Shown here: piece after piece, positions 8,547 through 17,244 of the stretch
How positions within the stretch are numbered: position 1 is the stretch's first letter
Layout of the letters: every line of letters starts with the position of its first letter
Source: an uncultured Desulfatiglans sp.
GTDB taxonomy: Bacteria; Desulfobacterota; DSM-4660; Desulfatiglandales; HGW-15
Assembly: GCA_964460435.1 (NCBI GenBank)
Contig: CAYWRH010000001.1
Span: forward strand, 32,543-96,542
Length of the DNA stretch: 64,000 nucleotides
Reading direction: 5' to 3'
The notes under the pieces: generated by a model
The model's database searches: none
What the model was told of the DNA's origin: nothing
The model's input: only the letters and a program-made list of their open reading frames with translations
Made by a program: the position numbers and the translations under genes

Positions 8547-8850
8547 ATTTTTCAGTCCCTCACTTTGTTAGAAGATATATACGCTCTGGCCCGGGTCGGT
8601 AACTATGCACTCTCCTAAACGGGATCGTGCTCCGAAACTGCCAGATCACGTCGCCAATGCTACAACCGAATACGCCCGGAACCATGCTAAACTACGGGTC
8701 CTGTGACACCATTGTTCTTCCGGCCTTGACTGCCAGTGCGCAATTTATCTTCTATAATATGCCAAACCACCTCGCAAGTTTCTTTCATCTATAACACCAA
8801 AGCGAAGCGCCGGGGTCATTTGCTAAACTAATAATTTCTACTGAGGGCAA
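8547..8850 (-). ncRNA. Candidate IS110-type bridge (guide) RNA locus in the 5' non-coding end of the IS
   Basis: ORF-free and GC-richer than the flanks, located immediately upstream of the transposase start. It contains short inverted repeats, for example CCGGAA (8676-8681) / TTCCGG (8718-8723). The call rests on position and family knowledge only; no fold was computed. Confidence 0.3.
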
Positions 8851-8896
8851 TGTCATATATGTTTATGATTCAAAAAGAAAAGACCCATACTTCGAA

Positions 8897-9160
8897 ATGC
8901 TAGAAACAGAAAGAAAATATTTTTATAGAATCGAAGACAATAAAATGTATATTAGTAAAGATAATAAAATATGGAAAAAGGTAAAGGTGGGTATAGTGTC
9001 TATAAACGATGAGAAAATTCCCGAAGACAAAGAGGGGCCTGTATTCATGACTATCAGCCTTGAAAGTGAATATTTTAAAGGGGAATATGATTTAATTGGA
9101 ACTCCTGATTCAGAACCAATTAGTGGGACATATAGTGAAAAGAATGGAGTAAACCCTTGA
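8897..9160 (+). pseudogene. 3' part of the small gene interrupted by the IS
   Basis: The frame stays open upstream of ATG 8897 back into the IS edge (...STEGNVIYVYDSKRKDPYFEMLETE...). It has the same phase modulo 3 as ORF 6905 and a similar AT-rich, Lys/Glu/Ile-rich composition. Confidence 0.35.
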
Positions 9161-9317
9161 TTGTAAAAATGAAAAGCGGTAGGCGGCGGGACGACCTTTA
9201 AATTTAAAATATATCTTGTGATGCAGTAATATCAAGGCATTTAAAGGTTGCAATGCCCCTTTGATACAGTTATTTTCTTTATTTGAACATCTGTTTAGCA
9301 TTAAGAAACAATCGATT

Positions 9318-9539
9318 ATGCTGGATAAAAATGGGATGCGGTTTGCCCATAGCCTTGGTGCATTGATGAGCGGATTATGCTCGTTATTATTATTTTTTTA
9401 TTTTAGATTTGCATGGAGCTGTGTTTTCATTTTTGCAGTCATTAAAAGCATCAGCGCTTTTGGGGTCTGTCCCGGAGAAAAGTTATATAACTGTATCAAT
9501 GATGGGCATTGTTGCGCATTTATCAAACGAAAAGATTAA
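9318..9539 (+). CDS. Small membrane protein, DUF4395-like (tentative)
   Basis: MLDKNGMRFAHSLGALMSGLCSLLLFFYF...ISAFGVCPGEKLY resembles the DUF4395 core but is shorter than usual. I prefer the internal ATG 9318. Confidence 0.3.
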   Translation: MLDKNGMRFAHSLGALMSGLCSLLLFFYFRFAWSCVFIFAVIKSISAFGVCPGEKLYNCINDGHCCAFIKRKD

Positions 9540-9752
9540 CCGATAAAAAAATGACGAGTTTCCACTCTGCACTTTTAACAGAAAAGCATTTATTATTTTA
9601 GAATAGGGTATGGGTATAAATCAGTAGATAATTTCTGAATGACAGCAATAGTAAGGTGTCTTTTATTATTTATAGTTGTACAAATATTCTTGTAAATTTA
9701 ATGTATCTATTAGCCTTACTATAATCCCCAAAAATCACAGGTAGATTTCACA

Positions 9753-9781
9753 TTGACACAAAATGGTGTACCTTATATACT
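9753..9781 (+). promoter_or_regulatory. Sigma70-type promoter for the DUF4160/DUF2442 pair
   Basis: TTGACA (9753-9758), a 17-nt spacer, then TATACT (9776-9781). It lies 37 nt upstream of ATG 9818. Confidence 0.45.
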
Positions 9782-9817
9782 TTATGCTAAAAAAGTGAAA
9801 CTTTATTAACAAAAACA

Positions 9818-10087
9818 ATGCCTGAAATCAGTCGCTTCTTTGGTATTATCATCCGCATGTTTGTTGAGCCAAGCACTTAACATCACCGCCCTCATTTCCA
9901 TGCATATTACCAAAACCAGGAGGCTGTATTCAGCATTGATATGATTGAGATGATGGGTGGTAACCTCTCGCAAAAGGAAAAGAGATTAGTTGAAGCCTGG
10001 GCGGAGCTACATCAAGAGGAGTTGCAAGAAGATTGGCAAAGATTACAGGCAGGGCAAATACCATACAAGATAGCCCCACTTCGTTAA
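9818..10087 (+). pseudogene. DUF4160 protein gene with an in-frame TAA
   Basis: My translation is MPEISRFFGIIIRMFVEPST*HHRPHFHAYYQNQEAVFSIDMIEMMGG...YKIAPLR. This is the typical DUF4160 pattern (FGIIIxMY....HHxPHxHAxY). The TAA sits at 9878-9880. Confidence 0.7.
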
Positions 10088-10095
10088 CAAGGCGC

Positions 10096-10416
10096 ATGGA
10101 GGATAAAATGGAACATCCTATCTATCGAGTAATAGGGTTTGAGATTGTTGCCCCATACACCTTACGGGTAATGTTTACGGACGGCAAAGAACAGACAATC
10201 GATTTTCAACCTATTTTAGTAGGTGAATTGTATGGGCCACTTAAGGATGAACGTTTATTCAACCAAGTTGAAATTGACCCGGAAATCCACACATTGGTAT
10301 GGCCAAATGGTGCCGATTTTGACCCTGCTACACTTCATGACTGGCCAGAATATATAGTCAGCATGAAGGGACTTGCAGAACGTTGGATAACAAAAGAAAT
10401 CACAGTTACACAATAA
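10096..10416 (+). CDS. DUF2442 domain protein
   Basis: MEHPIYRVIGFEIVAPYTLRVMFTDGKEQTIDFQPIL...VWPNGADFDPATLHDW is the classic DUF2442 pattern. The start is ATG 10096 or 10108. It is the usual downstream partner of DUF4160. Confidence 0.7.
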   Translation: MEDKMEHPIYRVIGFEIVAPYTLRVMFTDGKEQTIDFQPILVGELYGPLKDERLFNQVEIDPEIHTLVWPNGADFDPATLHDWPEYIVSMKGLAERWITKEITVTQ

Positions 10417-10528
10417 CCCACGCTAAATATAGCAAATATGATCTTTGATGAACCAGGGCCAAAACCACCTGTATGGACGATAGTGGGGACATCCTTCAAT
10501 AATAAAATAAACTGACATATAAAAAAGA

Positions 10529-10782
10529 TATGAGTATTATTACCCCATACCAAGAACATCCAGATTAGATTCCCCCGGTATATTACATCATGTAATGATA
10601 AGGGGAATAGAACGCAGGAAGATATTCACGGATAATGAAGATCGTATTAATTTTTTTATCGGCTATCTGCTCTTATCCCAGAAACAAAAACCCGATGCTA
10701 TGAATGGGCATTTATGCCCAACCATACCCATTTGCAGATAATTCAAGGATTGTCCCCGATTACGCGACCAAGCGAGATATAA
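10529..10782 (+). pseudogene. Frameshifted, truncated remnant of an IS200-like / REP-associated Y1 transposase (COG1943-type)
   Basis: From ATG 10529 it reads MSIIYPIPRTSRLDSPGILHHVMIRGIERRKIFTDNEDRINFF... After a frameshift near 10696 it reads CYEWAFMPNHTHL, then diverges and stops at 10782. Only about 84 codons remain. Confidence 0.6.
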
Positions 10783-11048
10783 AGTTGAATAGTGTCAAGT
10801 TGGTAAACAGGTTAAAATAATAAATATATGGCCCAAGCCACAAGGTGCCACATCAGGCAACCCACAAAATTAACATAGTCCGGCTTTAATATTGACCAAT
10901 AGGTTTATCATCCCTTATACTCGAAATTAAAACAGGATATCTTATGAAAACTGATGTTGCCGGTTCCCTGACTTATTAACCTGGTGAATGATTATAAAAT
11001 AGGGCGCATTCATAAAAAGTTAATAAACTCAGTGAAGGAGGAAGAATC

Positions 11049-11561
11049 ATGAAATCCATTTTAATTATTATCTTCTCCATGTTTTCTGTTTCCATCTCAA
11101 TCCAGGCCGCAACACCGACCTTGCAAAGCTGCGCTGCTATTGAAAATCCGGACGAGCGTCTTATATGCTATGACACGCTTTCCGGTCGTTTGTCCGCTGA
11201 CACTGTGAAATCAAATGATGTTGCGCCCAAAGCGGATGATTCTGTGGCATCCAAAGTGGAGACCATTGTACCAATAGTTGAGCCTGCGCAAGATGCTGAA
11301 GCTATTTTCGGTTTAGAACATACACATAAAGAGAAACAGCCTGATGAGCTGCAATTTAAATGGAGCAAAAAAATGCAGGATGCCTATGGAAAGTGGATCC
11401 TCTTCATGGAAAACGGACAGGTGTGGCGTCAAACCGATAGCGCTGCTTTCAACTTTAATAACCCGGAGCAGCAGGTAGTTATTTCTCGCGGTATCCTGGG
11501 TTCATTCTTTCTTGTAGAGCCAGAGGGTAAAAAGCGGATACGTGTGATGAGGGTTAAATAA
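11049..11561 (+). CDS. Exported hypothetical protein
   Basis: 170 aa with a clear signal peptide (MKSILIIIFSMFSVSISIQA/A). GGAGGA lies 6-11 nt upstream. I do not recognise the family. Confidence 0.5.
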   Translation: MKSILIIIFSMFSVSISIQAATPTLQSCAAIENPDERLICYDTLSGRLSADTVKSNDVAPKADDSVASKVETIVPIVEPAQDAEAIFGLEHTHKEKQPDELQFKWSKKMQDAYGKWILFMENGQVWRQTDSAAFNFNNPEQQVVISRGILGSFFLVEPEGKKRIRVMRVK

Positions 11562-11580
11562 CGTTGGCATGGTGTCAATT

Positions 11581-11997
11581 TCAACTGTTAAATGGAAATA
11601 TAGTAAAAGATTTTGTTTTGTTATACCTGTATGCATTGAAATGTTTGACATCAAATGTAAGAATATTTGAAATCAGTAGATCATTTGCGGCTGAGACAAG
11701 TGTAGCATCAGCAAAATCCATTGGAAAATCCTGATATTTTTTCATTATCTTTTTAACATAATCCAGGCTTTCTATATTTGAGGGAACAAGAGTAACTGCC
11801 CCGCTCAGAACAAATTCAAGGGCGGCCTCCTGGCCAATAAAAGAAAAATTCAACAGATACAGCACCTCGGTCATAACTGCTTCTGTTGAAAAAATATCCT
11901 AACTGAAATTATTCAACCATTCTATGCATTTAAGATGTCTTGCTTCGCTCCGGTCAATTAACGCAACCCATGGTCCCATATCCAGCAGGATATTCAT
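11581..11997 (-). pseudogene. vapC: PIN-domain toxin VapC with an in-frame TAG
   Basis: From ATG 11997 it reads MNILLDMGPWVALIDRSEARHLKCIEWLNNFS*DIFSTEAVMTEVLYLL...DFADATLVSAA...ILTFDVKHF. The TAG is codon 33 (11901-11899). The acidic residues of the PIN fold are recognisable. ATGA overlap with vapB. Confidence 0.65.
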
Positions 11998-12185
11998 TTA
12001 TTGGCCCTTTTTATTTTTTCAATGAGATATTTTCTGTGGTTCTGCCCAAGGTCTTTTATCCCGCTTTCGGCTTTACCCAGAAGGTGTTTAACTTTACTGT
12101 AAGGCGTTGTCTGTTCTTTTGTAATATTTTCATCAATAAATTTTCTCAGGGCAAGACGTGCTATATCGGATTTTTTAAGGCCCAT
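11994..12185 (-). CDS. vapB: Ribbon-helix-helix (CopG/VapB-like) antitoxin
   Basis: 63 aa. MGLKKSDIARLALRKFIDE is an RHH strand-helix signature. It lies directly upstream of the PIN gene and overlaps it. Confidence 0.6.
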   Translation of the reverse strand: MGLKKSDIARLALRKFIDENITKEQTTPYSKVKHLLGKAESGIKDLGQNHRKYLIEKIKRANK

Positions 12186-12190
12186 ATTAT

Positions 12191-12226
12191 CTGATAAAAT
12201 ATCTATCTCCTTTTAATATTTATCAG
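12191..12226 (-). promoter_or_regulatory. Inverted repeat bracketing the vapB ribosome-binding site (possible autoregulatory operator)
   Basis: CTGATAAAATAT (12191-12202) pairs with ATATTTATCAG (12216-12226). The AAGGAG Shine-Dalgarno (minus strand) lies between the arms, 6-40 nt upstream of vapB ATG 12185. Confidence 0.3.
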
Positions 12227-12336
12227 GAATTCTTATGGTAAGCTGCATTTTTATCCCTCCTAAAAATGTATGCAGATTGTAGTCTGATAGATTACAAATG
12301 TCAAAATATCATTGAGTTATTAAAACCAATCGAAAA

Positions 12337-13176
12337 TTAATATATGTTATCCAGGCCTACCTGCTCAAAAGAGGGCATGGGTTCAAGGGTGAAAATATTA
12401 TCAGGAATCTCTTTATTGAACACAACCTTTTTTCTTTTAAGTCTCATACCCCTCTTTTCCTTTTTATCTTCAAGGAGGGTGTTAATAGCATAACTGATAT
12501 CCCCTGCCATAATAAAATCGCTGAAGACCATGTCTGGTGATCCGGGAGAAAAGAGCACTGCCTCCTTAATCTCTTTTTCAGACGATAGCGTTATAATGGC
12601 TATGGTTTTTTTGTCAGCGCCCTTTAATGTGAGCGCACCTCCTCTTTCTTCATAAATGTCGGATACCCCGGGGTATATGGGGTGACCCCTTAAAAATGAC
12701 CAGATCATATCAGTTGAGAAATCCATCTCCGGTAAGAATCTGGAGAGGTTTACTGATGTGAACTCACCGTTATACTGCCTCTTTTCCATGAAATCGATGA
12801 TCGATAGCCTCTCATCCCTGATTAATAGATAAAAAAGCGGCTTGCCCCATGAGTGGGTGATCTCCATCTTTAGCATGAGAGGCTCCTTTTTCCCTGCTAT
12901 CAGGATATCTGCTGATCTATCCATAATCCACCCATCAATGGATAATTGCCCTGTGAAATAGAATTCAGAGACTTTCTCTTCCTGCGCCCTTGCCTCTGCA
13001 ATAATATCTTGCATCTCTTCAACTGAAAGGATTTTATGCTGCCTGTAAGGCGCAAGGGATGCGCATCCGGAAAGAAAAGAGACAAGTGCAAGCAGCATAA
13101 TTTCCAGAATAAGGGGTTTTGGCGGAAACAGTTCAGCAGGGCTAAAATGTGTTGTGGCTATAGGTCTTTCCTGCAT
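12337..13176 (-). CDS. Putative outer-membrane lipoprotein (LolB/DUF4292-like)
   Basis: Lipobox LSGC after a hydrophobic stretch (MLLALVSFLSGCAS). The start is ambiguous: 13176 or internal ATG 13098. It lies downstream of the TPR lipoprotein gene, a common pairing. Confidence 0.45.
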   Translation of the reverse strand: MQERPIATTHFSPAELFPPKPLILEIMLLALVSFLSGCASLAPYRQHKILSVEEMQDIIAEARAQEEKVSEFYFTGQLSIDGWIMDRSADILIAGKKEPLMLKMEITHSWGKPLFYLLIRDERLSIIDFMEKRQYNGEFTSVNLSRFLPEMDFSTDMIWSFLRGHPIYPGVSDIYEERGGALTLKGADKKTIAIITLSSEKEIKEAVLFSPGSPDMVFSDFIMAGDISYAINTLLEDKKEKRGMRLKRKKVVFNKEIPDNIFTLEPMPSFEQVGLDNIY

Positions 13177-13181
13177 GAAAA

Positions 13182-14981
13182 TTATTCCAGCTTCCTTTTC
13201 ATTTCTTCTATCTTTCTGTTGATGGCATCAGGGTTCTGATGTTTGAGTGTAAGCGCCTTCTGATACATCTCAATGGACATCTTAAAGTTACCCATCTTCA
13301 TGTATACATCCCCGATGTGCTCTGCTATTGTGGGGTCTCCGCCTTCAACAAGGGAAAGCGCCCTGGTAAGGGTTTCAAGCGCAAGGTCATAATTCCCCTG
13401 GCGGTAATATACCCAGCCCAGGCTGTCTATGTAATACCCGTTATCAGGCTTGATATTGATGGCCTTTTGTATAAGCGTTAACGCCTCATCAAGATTTACA
13501 CCCTGTTCTGCATAGGTATAGCCGATGTAGTTCATGGCATCTGCATTTCCGGGATCAAGTTCAAGCACCCTTTTCATCTGGGCAATGGCTTCATCCTTGT
13601 TCTCTTTCCTGTCAAGGAGTGTGCCAAGGCGGTAGATCAGGTCAACATTATCCCCTTCAATAGCCAGCCCTTCATCCAGAGCCTCCCGCGCCTTTACATA
13701 ATCCTCCTTTGATTCATAGATGGATGAGAGCAGGGTGTAGAAATCAGATTCATCCCTTTTATACTCAATCCCCTTTCTCAATATCTCTATGGCCTCATCT
13801 GTTTTTCCCATTTTGTTTAAGAGGTATGCCAGGTGCAGCCTTGCGTTTATATAAAGTTCATTGCCCTCTTCTATCATCCTGAAATGATAGAGCGCCTCCT
13901 CAGGCTGGTTGTTCTGCTCATAGGCAAGTGCAAGATAGTATCTGGATTTCTGATCATCAGGCCATGCCGTTACAATCATATCAAGCTCGTTTATGGATTC
14001 CGCAAGCCTTCCATTCTGAAGATAAAACAGGCCAATTGCCTGGCGGCTCTGATCTCCGGGGGAGGAGTTCTTCTTTATCTCATCCATCATGGATGCAATC
14101 TCATCCTTTTTGCCCATCAGCTCATAAATCCCAAGCAGACGCTCCCTTGCGATCCTGTTTGTGGGGTCTATCTTTAAAAGACGCTGATAGGTATTGCCTG
14201 CCTCTTCAAGCTTCCCCTGAATGTAGTAGAGCCCTGCAAGGTCAAAAAGCGCCGGTTCCAGCGCCTCGTTAATATTAAGGGCTGCAAGATATTCCTTTTC
14301 TGCCATCTCATAATTATTCATTGCCTGATATATCTTTGCCTTGTAGTAATGGGCAAAAAACATTTCAGGGTCCTTTTCTGTAAGGGTATTGAGCTGTGCC
14401 ATTGCCTCATCCAGCATGCCTGCCCTTGCAAGCACAGTGGAGTATGCCATCCTCACCCTGTGGTTTTCAGGATCAATGGCAATAATCTCCCTGTATTGAG
14501 CTATGGCCTTTTCAGTATCGCCACCCATACCATAAAGATCGGCAATAAGGAGCCTTGTCTCAATATCATCCGGATTGAGCCGCAGGCTTTCTTCGGCATA
14601 TTTAAGCGCCAGTTCAGGATTCCTTGTCTCGCTTAAGAGGATGGCCATTCTTTTTTTGAGATATGCTGATTCAGGGTCATACCCCATTACCTTTTTAAGT
14701 TTTTCAATGGCTGTAATATAGTCACCATTTGAGATGTTAATGGTTGAAAGTATGAAATTTATATATGCAAGCTGTTTATCGTCAGGGGTTTTCAAGGGTG
14801 CCTTTGCATATTTAAGGTCAATCACCTCTGGATCAGTCTGAATAGACTCGGTCACAGGCGCAGCGCCATTTTCAGTCTCTGCATAAACAAAAGAGAAGCC
14901 GGCAATGGAACAGAGAAGAAGCAGCAGGGCAGCTAATGGTATTTTGAAAGAGGCTTCTCTAGTTTTGTGTAAGATGATCAT
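13182..14981 (-). CDS. Tetratricopeptide-repeat (TPR) protein, exported
   Basis: 599 aa with a signal peptide. There are many successive 34-aa repeats with an A..Y.kAl..dP pattern, for example YYKAKIYQAMNNYEMAEKEYLAALNINE. Confidence 0.85.
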   Translation of the reverse strand: MIILHKTREASFKIPLAALLLLLCSIAGFSFVYAETENGAAPVTESIQTDPEVIDLKYAKAPLKTPDDKQLAYINFILSTINISNGDYITAIEKLKKVMGYDPESAYLKKRMAILLSETRNPELALKYAEESLRLNPDDIETRLLIADLYGMGGDTEKAIAQYREIIAIDPENHRVRMAYSTVLARAGMLDEAMAQLNTLTEKDPEMFFAHYYKAKIYQAMNNYEMAEKEYLAALNINEALEPALFDLAGLYYIQGKLEEAGNTYQRLLKIDPTNRIARERLLGIYELMGKKDEIASMMDEIKKNSSPGDQSRQAIGLFYLQNGRLAESINELDMIVTAWPDDQKSRYYLALAYEQNNQPEEALYHFRMIEEGNELYINARLHLAYLLNKMGKTDEAIEILRKGIEYKRDESDFYTLLSSIYESKEDYVKAREALDEGLAIEGDNVDLIYRLGTLLDRKENKDEAIAQMKRVLELDPGNADAMNYIGYTYAEQGVNLDEALTLIQKAINIKPDNGYYIDSLGWVYYRQGNYDLALETLTRALSLVEGGDPTIAEHIGDVYMKMGNFKMSIEMYQKALTLKHQNPDAINRKIEEMKRKLE

Positions 14982-14989
14982 GGAAAATC

Positions 14990-15937
14990 CTATTTTATAA
15001 AATCAGAGTATTGTTCATCAAAGTCAGGGATCTCCTCCGAGAGCCACTGTTTAATGTTGGTTACTATCCTTGACTGTATCTGCCTGACCCTCTCTCTTGA
15101 TATATTGTATTTGTCTCCGAGTTCCTGAAGGGTAGCAGGGGTATCAGCCATTATGCGGTTTTCAAAGATATCAAGCTCCTTCCCCTTGAGGGTCTTTCTG
15201 TATTCCTCCAGTTTTGCAAGAAGCATGTTACGTCCCTGCATCTCGGAGAGCTGGTCATCAGTATCCAGCCTTTCATCAGGAAGAAAAGAGCTGTACTCCT
15301 CCTTTCCGCCATCACCCACAGGGGCATTGATGCTCACCTCTCCACCCCCCAGCCTCTGGGTCATTTCATCAATATCCTCCTCCTTGACGCTGAGGCGTTC
15401 AGCCAAAAGCCGGGTCTCTGGCATCATGCCCTGTGACAGCAGCTTTTCCCTTTCCTTTGCAAGGTTGTAGAAGAGTTTTCTCTGTGTCTGTGTGGTGCCT
15501 ATCTTTACCAGCTTCCAGTTCTTCATGATAAAGGAGAGCATGTATGCCTTTATCCAGTAGGAAGAGTAGTATGAAAACTTTATGCCCCTGTATGGATCAA
15601 ATTTTCTGACCGCCTGGATCAGGCCGAGGTTACCCTCCTGGATCAGGTCAAGAAGGCTCTTGGTCCAGTACCTGTGAAAATCCATTGCAATTTTTACAAC
15701 AAGCCTGAGATTACTGGTAATAAGCCTATAGGCAGCATCCTCATCATTATTCTCCTTAACCCTTATGGCAAGCTCTGTCTCCTCCTCCTTGGTAAGGAGC
15801 TTGTATTTTTTTATCTCATAAAGGTATAGCTGAAGCGGGTCATAAGGGACAAGCGCCTTCTCCTCGCTTGGTATTGCAAGGCTCAGATCCAGCCCTTCAT
15901 CCTCTTCCGGTACCTGTTCGCTTATATCTTTAGTCAT
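14990..15937 (-). CDS. rpoH: RNA polymerase sigma factor RpoH (sigma-32)
   Basis: Sigma70 regions 2-4 are present (LIQEGNLGLIQAVRKFDPYRGIKFSYYSSYWIKA). The RpoH box QRKLFYNL and the region 4 HTH LQELGDKYNISRERVRQI are both seen. Confidence 0.85.
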   Translation of the reverse strand: MTKDISEQVPEEDEGLDLSLAIPSEEKALVPYDPLQLYLYEIKKYKLLTKEEETELAIRVKENNDEDAAYRLITSNLRLVVKIAMDFHRYWTKSLLDLIQEGNLGLIQAVRKFDPYRGIKFSYYSSYWIKAYMLSFIMKNWKLVKIGTTQTQRKLFYNLAKEREKLLSQGMMPETRLLAERLSVKEEDIDEMTQRLGGGEVSINAPVGDGGKEEYSSFLPDERLDTDDQLSEMQGRNMLLAKLEEYRKTLKGKELDIFENRIMADTPATLQELGDKYNISRERVRQIQSRIVTNIKQWLSEEIPDFDEQYSDFIK

Positions 15938-15999
15938 ATTTTTATCCTTTTATAAATCCAATATCCCCATTTCGACTGAGAGCATGGCGCCATACAGGC

Positions 16000-17244
16000 T
16001 CAGGATATGGATACCTTCATGTAACGCTTTTTTCCTGCCCTTAAGAGCATGGCGCCATCCTTCTCATTCGTAAGGTTAATAATCTGGTCAAATGCCCCGA
16101 TCTTTTCATTATTGATGTACCCGCCGCCCTGCATGATGAGGCGCCGGGCATCGGATCTTGTATTGCACAGGCCTGCCTGCTCAAAAAGGATAAATGCAGG
16201 GATGCCCTTTTCAAGCTCAGCCCTTTGAATCGTGTACTCGGGCACAGAATCGCTTATGCCCTGCTCGCCATTTCCAAAAAGCTTTTTTGCCGCATTCCTT
16301 GCCTTAATAGCCTCTTCTTCACCGTGGCATATCTTTGTTGTCTCAAATGCAAGTATCTCCTTGGCCTGCCTTATATCGGCACCCTCAAGGCGCGAAAGCC
16401 TTATTACCTCATCGACCGGAAGGAATGTAAAAAGCAGGAGAAATCTTTTAATGTCAGAATCTTCCTGGTTGATCCAGTACTGGTAATATTCATAGGGGCT
16501 GGTCATCTCAGGATCAAGCCACACTGCGCCCTTTGCGGTTTTGCCCATTTTGGCGCCTGAGGCAGTAGTAATAAGCGGAAAGGTGATGCAGTGGGCCGTA
16601 TCCCTTTCAAGCCTTCTAATCAGGTCTGTGCCGGCAACAATATTGCCCCACTGGTCGCTTCCCCCCATCTGGAGCCTGCAATCATAGTGTTTGAAGAGGT
16701 GCCAGAAATCATATGCCTGAAGGAGCATGTAATTAAACTCAATAAAGCTTAGGCCTGTCTCAAGCCTCATCCGGTAGCTTTCTGCTGTAAGCATCCTGTT
16801 TACACTGAAATGCCTTCCTATATCCCTTAGAAAATCTATATAGTTCAGCTTTGTAAGCCAGTCCGCATTGTTCACCATGAGCGCCCTGTTGTTTTCAAAA
16901 TCCAAAAACCGCATGAGCTGTTTCTTTATGCTCCTGGCATTACTGTCTATCTCTTCCCTTGGCATGATTGGCCGCATCTCTGTCTTGCCGCTCGGGTCGC
17001 CGACAAGGGTTGTTCCGCCGCCAACAACCGCAATAGGCCTGTGACCCGCCTGCTGCATGTGCGTAAGCGCCATTACAGGAAGCAGGTGACCTATATGCAG
17101 GCTCTTGCCTGTTGGATCAAACCCGACATAGCATGTTACAGGTTTTTTGAATAATTCCCTCAGTTCGCTCTCATCAGTATGCTGTTCGATGAAGCCTCTT
17201 TCCTTTAATATGTCAAATATCTCTTCCACTTTTATTCTTCCCAT
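16000..17244 (-). CDS. tyrS: Tyrosine--tRNA ligase
   Basis: 414 aa with class I motifs HIGHLLP and KMGKT, and a C-terminal S4-like domain. Confidence 0.95.
   Translation of the reverse strand: MGRIKVEEIFDILKERGFIEQHTDESELRELFKKPVTCYVGFDPTGKSLHIGHLLPVMALTHMQQAGHRPIAVVGGGTTLVGDPSGKTEMRPIMPREEIDSNARSIKKQLMRFLDFENNRALMVNNADWLTKLNYIDFLRDIGRHFSVNRMLTAESYRMRLETGLSFIEFNYMLLQAYDFWHLFKHYDCRLQMGGSDQWGNIVAGTDLIRRLERDTAHCITFPLITTASGAKMGKTAKGAVWLDPEMTSPYEYYQYWINQEDSDIKRFLLLFTFLPVDEVIRLSRLEGADIRQAKEILAFETTKICHGEEEAIKARNAAKKLFGNGEQGISDSVPEYTIQRAELEKGIPAFILFEQAGLCNTRSDARRLIMQGGGYINNEKIGAFDQIINLTNEKDGAMLLRAGKKRYMKVSIS

Larger units (their letters stand above)
7150..8850 (-). mobile_element. IS110-family insertion sequence (boundaries approximate)
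   Basis: A single DEDD-type transposase ORF ends almost flush with one end. About 300 bp of GC-richer, ORF-free sequence lies 5' of the ORF. The flanks on both sides are AT-rich. No obvious terminal inverted repeats, as expected for IS110. Confidence 0.7.

Noticed and set aside
15979-16058. A 15-nt direct repeat AGAGCATGGCGCCAT (15979-15993 and 16044-16058) with a palindromic ATGGCGCCAT core. One copy is in the tyrS 3' end and one is just downstream.
   Set aside because: It is a single short pair that could arise by chance or from a tiny duplication. There is no clear hairpin or terminator geometry or recognised motif.
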